A stretch of 64,000 nucleotides of DNA from a virus (taxonomy: Duplodnaviria > Heunggongvirae > Uroviricota > Caudoviricetes), in the IMG/VR virus record IMGVR_UViG_3300042348_001285; one strand, written 5' to 3'. This document shows, in pieces, positions 27,819 to 36,295 of the stretch. The notes beneath the pieces are model-generated. The model did no database searches. It had not been told where the DNA came from and worked only from the letters and a program-made list of their open reading frames with translations. A program made the translations under genes and the position numbers. Each line of letters begins with the position of its first letter. The first letter of the stretch is position 1.

Positions 27819-28123
27819 TCAACTACAACTTCCCCCATTGCCTTGCCGACTAACTCACTGATTTTTTTGATGTCTGAAAGACGGAGATCAGCAATTTCGT
27901 CAAAGGAAATTTTATCCTCACCGATTGTTAATCGTTCGGCCAATAGAAAGCTTTGCTTGGCTTGTTTGAATTCACCAAGTTCTTCTTCTAGGTAAATTAA
28001 ATCCCTGCCGGTCATTTCCCTAATTGTGAGGGTTCGGCCGTCAGACAAAGTTTCACTATAAGTCTCAAGCCCAGTGACTGGTGTAGTCTTTACTGTGGTG
28101 GTTTCGTTGGATACGGTTCGCAT
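27806..28123 (-). CDS. Tail assembly chaperone (G form)
   Basis: 105 aa, LTIREMTGRDL...DEIADLRLSDIKKISELV. Ends at GAC CCA AAA TCT TAA. Confidence 0.65.
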   Translation of the reverse strand: MRTVSNETTTVKTTPVTGLETYSETLSDGRTLTIREMTGRDLIYLEEELGEFKQAKQSFLLAERLTIGEDKISFDEIADLRLSDIKKISELVGKAMGEVVVDPKS

Positions 28124-28356
28124 TTGGTTTTTATTGAGGGATACTCAGTGAGTTTTACCCTACTTGCCACCAGATGCCTTTCCAATTCTGCATCACCTTT
28201 CCCAGCAGGAAGTTTGAGATATAGGTGGTTAGCTGTCTGCCAGCTTTTTTCAGCCCCATCTAAATCCCCCATATCGACCCTATCGCCAACATCATCGATC
28301 CAACTACGGATAACTTCTTTGCGAAACTGTGGGTCTAAGGGTAGCGGAAATGGCAT
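28090..28356 (-). CDS. Hypothetical protein
   Basis: Likely start MPFPLPLDP (ATG 28356) within track ORF 28090-28467. Confidence 0.45.
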   Translation of the reverse strand: MPFPLPLDPQFRKEVIRSWIDDVGDRVDMGDLDGAEKSWQTANHLYLKLPAGKGDAELERHLVASRVKLTEYPSIKTKCEPYPTKPPQ

Positions 28357-28414
28357 GTTGCTGTTTGGGTTGAGATTAAGTAATAGAAACTCCCATGGGC
28401 TTAGTACCCAGTAA

Positions 28415-28612
28415 TCAGAGGGCTTTAAGCATTTGGACAACTTGATCTTCGGAATAGTAAAGAGCATTATATGCGCAATCGACTGAAGAAGGGATAAATT
28501 TATCCTTTTTATCGAAAGGTTGCGGCATATAGAAGGTACCTAGGGAGCCGGGATGCGCAATAACGATGGCAGAAACAGCGCGATTCTTTTTCAGTTTTGG
28601 TTGTGTTGACAT
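28415..28612 (-). CDS. Hypothetical protein
   Basis: 65-aa ORF downstream of the polymerase. Confidence 0.4.
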   Translation of the reverse strand: MSTQPKLKKNRAVSAIVIAHPGSLGTFYMPQPFDKKDKFIPSSVDCAYNALYYSEDQVVQMLKAL

Positions 28613-28653
28613 GGTGTTTTTGTGATTAGTTTTGGTTAAAGGTAAGTTAAAAG

Positions 28654-31644
28654 CTAAATGAGTCCTTTCTGAATTGAATCATACCGGAAAGTTAGCTTAC
28701 TGACAGCACCCAATTCAAATAGTTGAGTCATTGAGTATTCAACCCCGGGTGGTTCATCACCCCCGGACTGATTGGATGGGGTTACCGTATTCTCTTTCGG
28801 GGACTTCCGGAGCCTATCATCAATGGCAACCGAGGAGAAAAACGCACGGCTCAATGGTAATTCAGGTATTTCCATCGCGTAGTGGAATAGTCCCCAAGTG
28901 AAAAGGTGGGCAATCTGGAATAACACGGCAAACTGCTCTGCGTATTTTTCCGGTGTCATAAAATGCAGTTCATCATGGATGCTAATTATGAATCGGTAGG
29001 GGATCTTAAACTCTTCGGCCAGCCATGCCACGGCAGTTAGGGTGATAGACAGGATTTCAGACCCTGAAGCTTGAATTGCCCAGTTGGTCCTCCCCGTCTT
29101 AAAATCATTGCCGACTGCAGATGGCATCATGGCCGTTGAGATTTTTGTCCCCAAACACGGCAACCGGGGGGTCCCTGGCCCCATGGAAATTCTTTCCATC
29201 ATATTGAAAGCACCTGAGTCTGATCCACCTTCGTATTTGCCGAACCTTAAGACCCCCTTCTTAGATGCAATAGCTTTAAGGGCAAAAGTCTTGACTGCAT
29301 CCTCATCCTTATCAGGGAAAGTCATCCTGATAGGGTTACTAAGGGCTCTGACGCTCCCGCCATACAAGGTAGCAAATCCAACAATCTTGGCCAGGTCTCT
29401 AGCTATTTTAAGCATAGTGTCCTTTTCCTTATCAATTGGAGACACCCAGTAGCCATCACGGGGATGGCAATTATCGCTATCTTCAGGTTTTTGCTCATAT
29501 TTATAGCAGATCCCCAGGGATTTATCCCAAATTAGACCCTCATACAGCTCGGGAAAGATGGCTCGGGCCAATGCAGTGTGAGGATCAGTGCCATTCTCTT
29601 TAGAACCCGAAAGCACATTGTACCCCATGGGCGAACACCCAATGAAACCACCCTCCCATTTATCACTATAGATAGACGCAATCTGCATCTCTTGGCCGTC
29701 ATAGTCCGCACTAATGATTTTCCACCCCTCAGGGGCCTGTACACGGGTCTTAAGCTCGGTTCCGATGCGCCAGCTCTTGGTAGAGCACATGGTGGCCATA
29801 AGGCTCTCTACGACCCTACGGGTGACGGTTCCGTGGCAGACGATCTCTGGGAGGGTAACGAGGTTAGGTTTTCCCGAGGGGTTGGTGGCCCCCATGACAA
29901 TGCGGCTTTTAACCCGGCTACGAACTGATGTCCAAAAACTAATGGCATTGGCAATTTCCAGTGCCCTTTTTGCCTCCGGTAAGTCACTACTTAGTCTTCC
30001 AACTTCCATGTGAGTAACGAACTCTTTTGAGAATAGGCCGCCTACGTTTTCTCCAGGTTTCTTAGGGTGTGGGATTCTATCCAAGGTGCCGTCCCCCGTA
30101 GTAAAACACCAACCTTGTCCATCTTCCCATACGATGGGGGTGCCCTCCCATTTTAGTTTCAGTAGGAAATGCGATAGTTTGCTTTTAACACCAATCTCCT
30201 TATCAGGGTCCTTCTTATAGGGTCTCATCCAAGTGGGGATCCATGCGTAGACACCCTTGATAGACTTCACTTCCCAATCTAATTGGCGAATCCATGGGTC
30301 TTTTGATACCCATTTGCTTGCCTCTTTGACCCCGATTTCCTTTGTTTCGTGGCTATCTACTATTTCCCTCCATGAATTGAAAGTATCCCATAGCAAAGTC
30401 TTACAAAGACCGGTCATTTCCTGGTTATGGCTGTTATAGACTTCCTCAGCCCCTTGCACCCATTCAAACCAGTTGTCCACTAACGGCACCACAGACCCAT
30501 TCAGATGGTAATGCCCGCAAAGCCCCACCATTGATGGTGTACTATCGAGATATTTTGGCCATAGCTCCTGGAATAGCTCCGAAGTATAATAAGCGTCCTT
30601 AATGGCATAATCTACTGTTTCGGCTAGTACCTTATTGATTTCGGAAAGCGTATTAGCGGTGACAAAAATGTTCCTAATTTCCTTGTCGGAATCGGATAAT
30701 GGCTTTACATCCCCATCGTCAAAGAAAAATTCTTTTGCCCGTTGAACATGGAAGTTGTATGTTTTAACTAGGGAGTTTGTGCTCCCCCTGTCAAGCCATT
30801 CCGGAGAATACTTAAGTTTCCGCTTCTCATCATCATCAAGCAAATCAAAGTCCTTTTCAGCCAGCGCATAAAGCCACCTCTGACCTGATGCTAAGCCTGA
30901 TACGCCAACGTGCGCTGACAGGGTATCAAAGTAGAAATTCTCCGGTTTGGTAAAATCTAGCGAATAACCCTCTTGAGCCCTCACACGGTCATAGGATATA
31001 TTATGGCCAATAACAAGCCTATCAGTTCCAATCGGGATCAACTTGAATTGGTCCCAGTCATTTTGGGGAATATCAAGGTTAACAAGCTCGGCGGCTAACC
31101 AAATATAGGCGGCCTCATCACTTAGGGCAGTTCCAATAATGGGAAAGGCCCCACCTTTAACGAAAGTTTCCGTGTCGAATGTAAATACTTCTTCCTCGGG
31201 GTAGGGTACTTTTCTAGTTTGCCATTGCTTGTTGGGGCCATCCCCGATAAGCTCATACCGTGTCCACCCCGGTTGAAATACTAAATCGTTGATTGACGGG
31301 ATCTTTGGTAGGGTACATTTGGCAAATTTATTGCCCAGTTCCTTGTAGCGTCCAACTTGATTTTCTGCAATCTTTTCAAAGTGGTCGCGGATATTGTTAG
31401 CCTTTAGGTTAGGCAGGGGGATTGGGCCATCATAGATGCTTTCGGGATAATCAACGGGGGTCTCAATCCCAAATTTCCTCAAAAGGGAAACGGCCTGGTC
31501 CTTTTGCTTGCTATTCATTTCGGGCCTGTAATCAGATCCGAAAATCTTTAGGTGCAAGTCATCGGACAAGACCGGGTAGCCAAGGGCAGTAGTTTTCATC
31601 GGCGTTAGGTTGATTTGACTGTGGGCTATTTGACTGTGGGCCAT
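28654..31644 (-). CDS. Family A DNA polymerase, mitochondrial Pol gamma-like
   Basis: ExoI FDTET, ExoII GHNISYDR, ExoIII YAIKDA; motif A ADYDGQE, B AKIVGFATLYG, C ISIHDE. POLG-like segments DTLSAH..SGL, GTVTRRVVE, IGTELK..VQAPEG, GG.DSGAFN..E.I and AFFSSVAIDDRLRK. The start may be MKTTALG, slightly downstream. Confidence 0.92.
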   Translation of the reverse strand: MAHSQIAHSQINLTPMKTTALGYPVLSDDLHLKIFGSDYRPEMNSKQKDQAVSLLRKFGIETPVDYPESIYDGPIPLPNLKANNIRDHFEKIAENQVGRYKELGNKFAKCTLPKIPSINDLVFQPGWTRYELIGDGPNKQWQTRKVPYPEEEVFTFDTETFVKGGAFPIIGTALSDEAAYIWLAAELVNLDIPQNDWDQFKLIPIGTDRLVIGHNISYDRVRAQEGYSLDFTKPENFYFDTLSAHVGVSGLASGQRWLYALAEKDFDLLDDDEKRKLKYSPEWLDRGSTNSLVKTYNFHVQRAKEFFFDDGDVKPLSDSDKEIRNIFVTANTLSEINKVLAETVDYAIKDAYYTSELFQELWPKYLDSTPSMVGLCGHYHLNGSVVPLVDNWFEWVQGAEEVYNSHNQEMTGLCKTLLWDTFNSWREIVDSHETKEIGVKEASKWVSKDPWIRQLDWEVKSIKGVYAWIPTWMRPYKKDPDKEIGVKSKLSHFLLKLKWEGTPIVWEDGQGWCFTTGDGTLDRIPHPKKPGENVGGLFSKEFVTHMEVGRLSSDLPEAKRALEIANAISFWTSVRSRVKSRIVMGATNPSGKPNLVTLPEIVCHGTVTRRVVESLMATMCSTKSWRIGTELKTRVQAPEGWKIISADYDGQEMQIASIYSDKWEGGFIGCSPMGYNVLSGSKENGTDPHTALARAIFPELYEGLIWDKSLGICYKYEQKPEDSDNCHPRDGYWVSPIDKEKDTMLKIARDLAKIVGFATLYGGSVRALSNPIRMTFPDKDEDAVKTFALKAIASKKGVLRFGKYEGGSDSGAFNMMERISMGPGTPRLPCLGTKISTAMMPSAVGNDFKTGRTNWAIQASGSEILSITLTAVAWLAEEFKIPYRFIISIHDELHFMTPEKYAEQFAVLFQIAHLFTWGLFHYAMEIPELPLSRAFFSSVAIDDRLRKSPKENTVTPSNQSGGDEPPGVEYSMTQLFELGAVSKLTFRYDSIQKGLI

Positions 31645-31667
31645 TTGACCGTTTGACTATTCAGCCA

Positions 31668-31970
31668 TTAGGACACGGAGTCCAAAGGTGGTGGCACTAG
31701 GCTGTCGGCGACTGGGGAAAGGATTGCACTAAAACCATTGCCAAATATACGTTTTGAAGGCTGCGCCCATCGTGGTTGGTTTCCTAGCCAACTATGGACG
31801 TAATAGCTGAATGTTACGGGCCTGCCTAGAGTATCACTGGGGCCATTGCCTGAGGTGCCTAAGAAGTAACCGGAGTAAATGTTGCTCCACCCCATGTAAG
31901 GCTTGGCTATGATGTTGCCATATTCACTTACTGACTCCCCCCCAATAATGCCAGCTACGGCTTTCGCCAT
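31668..31970 (-). CDS. Hypothetical protein
   Basis: ATG 31970 just after the upstream stop; Gly-rich, ~100 aa. Confidence 0.45.
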   Translation of the reverse strand: MAKAVAGIIGGESVSEYGNIIAKPYMGWSNIYSGYFLGTSGNGPSDTLGRPVTFSYYVHSWLGNQPRWAQPSKRIFGNGFSAILSPVADSLVPPPLDSVS

Positions 31971-31972
31971 AG

Positions 31973-32896
31973 TTACTGTAAGTGGTACCATTCTTCCTCT
32001 CTTTCAATTTCTTCAATTTTACCCCTTACCCAAGTTGATCCCGTATCCTCTAGGTCGGCATCTAGTTGGAAATTAATTGATTGGTTTAGTTTTTGAAAAC
32101 TTACTTCAAAATCCTGAAGACCTGAACTTATGTAAACATCTTTTCTATTTCTTTTGTAGATGTCAAATACGTCATCAATTTTTGAAAATTCATGGGGGCG
32201 GCATTCCGGGTGCTGCTGCCACTTTCTCATTTCGAAGAATGAAAATGGCTCATCGATTTCCCATGATTTATCTTTGCCTTCAAAAAGTCTAATAAGGGCG
32301 TCCCTCTTCCACCAATTGCTTACCCTGTCGATATAATACTCCCATGCAGTTTCGTCAGTTAAGTAAGTATCACAATCTTTACGGATTGTTTCAAGCTCTT
32401 TTTTACCGTCGTTTATGACATCCATGGTAGCTTCAGGGAGCACACCAAATAGGTACTCAGAGCGGCACTCATTGATGCGTTCATAAACACTGGGGAACAA
32501 AACCGAGTAGCACATTAGCTTATAGTCGTCAGAATCCCCACAAATTAAATCTAAGATGGTTTCAAAGATTGATATTGACGTTGCGATTTGCTTTTCCAGG
32601 TCTGGCTCTTGCTCTTCTTCCCGGTCTGGCAGTCCTCTTTCACTTCTAAGTTCACGAATTTCACTCATCAACCCCTCAATATCAAGCTTTAGCTTCTTGT
32701 TTTCCCTACCCATTTCTCTTTCTAGTCGTGCCTTGTAGGCTTCCACTTCGTAGAATAGGTTTGTAACTTTTTCTTTTAGATAATCAAGAGATAATGCCGT
32801 CTTATTATCTAGTTGGGTGCGAGCATTAAAGTCTTTTTCAACACTGCGGATACTGGAGAGAACGCTGGTTTTTAATTTGAGGATCGAATCGTTCAC
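31973..32896 (-). CDS. Hypothetical protein with N-terminal coiled coil
   Basis: 307-aa ORF. Confidence 0.55.
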   Translation of the reverse strand: MNDSILKLKTSVLSSIRSVEKDFNARTQLDNKTALSLDYLKEKVTNLFYEVEAYKARLEREMGRENKKLKLDIEGLMSEIRELRSERGLPDREEEQEPDLEKQIATSISIFETILDLICGDSDDYKLMCYSVLFPSVYERINECRSEYLFGVLPEATMDVINDGKKELETIRKDCDTYLTDETAWEYYIDRVSNWWKRDALIRLFEGKDKSWEIDEPFSFFEMRKWQQHPECRPHEFSKIDDVFDIYKRNRKDVYISSGLQDFEVSFQKLNQSINFQLDADLEDTGSTWVRGKIEEIEREEEWYHLQ

Positions 32897-32897
32897 G

Positions 32898-33467
32898 TTA
32901 AATTGGTTTGATGGTTGCTTTTAGTTTGTTTTCTGGTTCCCCGGGTTCAGTTGTATCTGATGGCCGGATTATGAAGCTGAATTTCTTTTCAGGGTCTGAT
33001 AGCAGGTGAAAATCACCCATAAAATGTTTGCCTTCAGAAGATAACAAAAATGAATTACCCGGTGTCGGCGGAGAACACAAGGCAATGTCACCTTCTAAAT
33101 CGGGGTCAGCCTCTTCGATGGCTATTACTAATTCCCTGTAAATGGCAGAGGTCTTAGCCAGATCCTCATCAGTGGTTATTTCAGCCCTGACTTCATCCTG
33201 TACGGCCTCTAAGCGAGATTCTAAACCAGTGTCAAGCTGGATGGTGAAGATAGCTCCGTCATTTTCCGACTCAAACATGACTTCCTCGGGTTCAAATTCA
33301 CAGTCTTCGGGCTCTTGATCTGTGAAATCAAACTCCAGAAGCGAGTAGAAAGCTTCTTTTAGTGTGTCACCGTCTGGGCCACCCAGATAGTTGGCTATGG
33401 CATAGAAGATTTTGGGGTTTGCTAACAATCTGGAGACAGGGTATACAATTGACATAGTTCGGTCCAT
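32898..33467 (-). CDS. Hypothetical acidic protein
   Basis: 189-aa ORF with a promoter directly upstream. Confidence 0.55.
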   Translation of the reverse strand: MDRTMSIVYPVSRLLANPKIFYAIANYLGGPDGDTLKEAFYSLLEFDFTDQEPEDCEFEPEEVMFESENDGAIFTIQLDTGLESRLEAVQDEVRAEITTDEDLAKTSAIYRELVIAIEEADPDLEGDIALCSPPTPGNSFLLSSEGKHFMGDFHLLSDPEKKFSFIIRPSDTTEPGEPENKLKATIKPI

Positions 33468-33475
33468 CTACTCTT

Positions 33476-33503
33476 AGTATAGCAGGGAGGCCCCGTAAGT
33501 AAA
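33476..33503 (-). promoter_or_regulatory. Sigma70-type promoter
   Basis: TTTACT-N16-TATACT with an extended TG; ATG 8 nt downstream. Confidence 0.55.
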
Positions 33504-33526
33504 CCCCCCTTGTGTTTTACCCTGTT

Positions 33527-36295
33527 TCACTCTGGGTTTTCTCTAACTTGTTGGATTCTTTGCTGGGCGATGTCTAGGTACGTTTCTTCCATTTCAATGC
33601 CAACGAAGTTAAATCCTTCGAGTAGTGCAGCCTTTCCAGTTGTTCCAGAGCCAAGGAATGGATCAAGTACGGTACCACCGGGCGGCGTAATTAAGCGGCA
33701 CAAGTATCGCATTAAATCTGTCGGTTTGACTGTAGGGTGATTGTTGGTTTCACCATTGAGACCTTCGTTTCTGTCTTTTTTATTGGCTTTGGGGCAGTAG
33801 AAGAACCGGGCGGCGCTGCCGGTGTCGCCATAACCTGGGTTCACGCCGTCAGGTACGGCTCTGTCGGTGCCGGTGTTCCAGTTGTAGCGCCCAGTCCCGG
33901 CGTTGATCTGCTTTGAGTTACCTCCCCGGCTGATTCCCGTCTGTGGAAACAACCCCACCACTTCGCCTTCACCCGAATGGATCAGGTTGGCGGGCCAACG
34001 GCCGGCGGTCGTCAGCTCACCGCTTGACGTGGCCCCCGTGCTTTGTCCGCTCATTGCCGTTGCAGACACTACGGTTTCAGTGCGCACCATCACCGGCCGC
34101 GCTTCCGTCCCCACCCTGCACCCATCCACATTCAGCGCCCCGGTGCCGTGCTTCAGCACGTTGGCGGCCACGGTGCCCTCTGAGATGGGCTTGCGGGCCA
34201 TCACTACAGGCTCAAGGCTGGGGCTGACGGCCTCGGACTGGGAGGCGTCCAGAACCCGCCACGTAGCAGGCTCGATTGCAGAAAGTGTGAGGGTGCTTTG
34301 CAATAACGCAAGCGAGGCGTTGAAGATCTGCGCCGCAGTGGAAGCATTGGCACCGAACCCACCGGGAAGGCTGCACGCCTGGATGATGCTCTCGGGCGTG
34401 ATCTGCGATAGACAGTAGCTCAAGGTTTTCCAGTCGGTTGTCGTTTTTGATTCCGTTTCGGTGGTGGACGTTTTCTCCCTTGCACAGACGCCTTCCAAGG
34501 TGTGCCTCCATGACGAGGCAATGCTCCAAGCGATACTTGCCGCCGCCAATGTTGACGCCGATGTATCCACTAGAGAGCTGGTAGCGCCCGCCGCCCCAGT
34601 TGCCGTTTTTCTCTCCTGCTCTCCCTCGTGCTGGGTTGCTGCAGGCTCTTGAGCAAAACCGATCTTCGCCTCTGGCGAGCCTGCTTGGGTAGGTCTTGAA
34701 CTGCTTGCCGCAGCATTCGCAATTTGTAAGCACTGCGCCTCTAGTTCTGTTAGGTTCTCTAAAATTATAGCGCAGTAACCCATTGAGTCTACGGGCTTTG
34801 TGGCCCATGTCACGCTTTCAAAGGACGGTTTCAACGCGGTGCCCCAGCCGGCCCACTGCTGGGCTTCGGGGGTGATGCCCTGCGGCTTTACATAATCGGG
34901 GTGATCCGATCGCAGCTCTGGGCGTTGAATCACGCCTAGGCCCGAAGTTTTGCCAGCCACATTGAATCCCACGCTGTCATGCCCTCTGGCCCCTGCCGCC
35001 TTATCAATCGCCTTGCTCACATCCAGTGACTTCGGAAATCCGCTATTACCTGAAATAAACGGCTTACCATTTCTACGCACCAAGAACGCTCCGGTATCCG
35101 TCTTTAAGCACCAAACTTTATCACCGCTGTAACTAACTTTCTCTACGTTGTGTTTTGCCTGTAACTCAGTTGTGCAGCTTTTTCGATTAAGGTGTACGCA
35201 CCCTTTCCCGTAATCAATATGGTTACGAATAGCCAATGAGCTACAAATTGCTGAAACAATGTCAAGATATTGGGGCTTCTTTGACCAGAAAGTCTCAGCG
35301 GTCGTGTCTTTAGGCATAGAGCCGTCACCGTCAAGCAACCCCTTTAAGAGCGCGCCCCGGCTATAATAATCAAACTTAAGAACATCCCACTTTAATTGAC
35401 GGTCTGCGTAGTTTTCCAGCATGAAGTCAGCCAAATTGCCTGTAACGTAGAAACTGTGCTCATCTTTGTGATTAGGGTTCTTCGCTACTTTCACATACTC
35501 TGAGAATTTGCAGTTTTCAGAACTCAGACTATCCCGCAACTTAATAAGTGTGTCTGGCTTGGACTGCGAAAACATAATAGCTTTCCCGCCCTTGTGTTTC
35601 CAAGCGTCAGTCAACCACCAACCAATCATGTATGCGCGTGGCTCGTAAATACCCTCATTAAGATGCGAAGCCAACGGGAATACTTTAAGCCAACTCTTTT
35701 TAACATCACTAGCTAGAGTTACATCAAAGTCTGAGTATTCGTAGCGGGAGTTTGTTTTGTGTTTAAGGTAAACACGATGTTTTGCGGTAAGCAATTGATC
35801 AGTATGCCTGTTTTGAAAATGGATCATACTGTCTGGTGCATCATATACTAACACTTCGTTCGGAGTAAACCAACTGAACTCATTGCTGGTGTGATTCCAT
35901 TGCAAGATTTTGTCTTTATTTGGTTGGATATCTTTGTAGTGTTTCCACCCAGAGTCAGTCAAACACTCGGTGTCTTCCGAGTAACACCCGTAGACCCACG
36001 CGATCATGTCCCGAATTTCAAATCCCGCATCCTCAATCCGCACCGCCATCCGGTGCTGCGTGCGCGTACCAGCAAATGACAGTAAATGTCCACCAGGCTT
36101 CAAGACCCGTAGGCACTCTTTCCAAATATCAACACTTGGCACATCATAATCCCATTTTTTACCCATAAACGCCAGCCCATAGGGAGGATCAGTACAAATA
36201 GCATCGATACTATTGTCGGGCATTTCCTTTAATACATCGAGGCAATTGCCATGGTAGAGTTGATAGCGATCTTCGGAAACGTAAGGCTTAATCAT
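33527..36295 (-). CDS. DNA methyltransferase (N6A/N4C, beta-class) with intein and 202-aa insertion
   Basis: Motif IV CTDPPYG near the N-terminus, motif I VLDPFLGSGTTG near the C-terminus, NNHPTVKP. The native sequence IAWVYG|SGFPKS and GTALKP|.EP.VMARKP is split by two insertions. Confidence 0.9.
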   Translation of the reverse strand: MIKPYVSEDRYQLYHGNCLDVLKEMPDNSIDAICTDPPYGLAFMGKKWDYDVPSVDIWKECLRVLKPGGHLLSFAGTRTQHRMAVRIEDAGFEIRDMIAWVYGCYSEDTECLTDSGWKHYKDIQPNKDKILQWNHTSNEFSWFTPNEVLVYDAPDSMIHFQNRHTDQLLTAKHRVYLKHKTNSRYEYSDFDVTLASDVKKSWLKVFPLASHLNEGIYEPRAYMIGWWLTDAWKHKGGKAIMFSQSKPDTLIKLRDSLSSENCKFSEYVKVAKNPNHKDEHSFYVTGNLADFMLENYADRQLKWDVLKFDYYSRGALLKGLLDGDGSMPKDTTAETFWSKKPQYLDIVSAICSSLAIRNHIDYGKGCVHLNRKSCTTELQAKHNVEKVSYSGDKVWCLKTDTGAFLVRRNGKPFISGNSGFPKSLDVSKAIDKAAGARGHDSVGFNVAGKTSGLGVIQRPELRSDHPDYVKPQGITPEAQQWAGWGTALKPSFESVTWATKPVDSMGYCAIILENLTELEAQCLQIANAAASSSRPTQAGSPEAKIGFAQEPAATQHEGEQERKTATGAAGATSSLVDTSASTLAAASIAWSIASSWRHTLEGVCAREKTSTTETESKTTTDWKTLSYCLSQITPESIIQACSLPGGFGANASTAAQIFNASLALLQSTLTLSAIEPATWRVLDASQSEAVSPSLEPVVMARKPISEGTVAANVLKHGTGALNVDGCRVGTEARPVMVRTETVVSATAMSGQSTGATSSGELTTAGRWPANLIHSGEGEVVGLFPQTGISRGGNSKQINAGTGRYNWNTGTDRAVPDGVNPGYGDTGSAARFFYCPKANKKDRNEGLNGETNNHPTVKPTDLMRYLCRLITPPGGTVLDPFLGSGTTGKAALLEGFNFVGIEMEETYLDIAQQRIQQVRENPE
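34212..34808 (-). CDS. HNH endonuclease with two Zn-finger modules, nested out of frame in the methyltransferase
   Basis: EHCLVMEAHLGR...ENVHHRNGIKNDNRLENLEL (HNH_3-type), plus CECCGK..FCSRAC and CFHCG..FCNRAC. Likely start GTG 34733 after GAGG. Confidence 0.85.
   Translation of the reverse strand: MGHKARRLNGLLRYNFREPNRTRGAVLTNCECCGKQFKTYPSRLARGEDRFCSRACSNPARGRAGEKNGNWGGGRYQLSSGYIGVNIGGGKYRLEHCLVMEAHLGRRLCKGENVHHRNGIKNDNRLENLELLSIADHAREHHPGVQPSRWVRCQCFHCGADLQRLACVIAKHPHTFCNRACYVAGSGRLPVRGRQPQP
35045..35986 (-). mobile_element. Intein (314 aa) with LAGLIDADG endonuclease domain
   Basis: Starts CYSEDTECLT and ends FLVRRNGKPFISGN, with Ser at +1. Blocks QLLTAKHRV, YMIGWWLTD and LLKGLLDGDGS. 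Removal restores WVYG-SGFPKS. Confidence 0.92.

Noticed and set aside
34220-34825. MTase insertion as a second intein or a group I/II intron
   Set aside because: It has no Cys/Ser start with His-Asn end in the MTase frame, no P/Q/R/S elements and no recognisable group II ends. Splicing is not formally excluded without RNA data.
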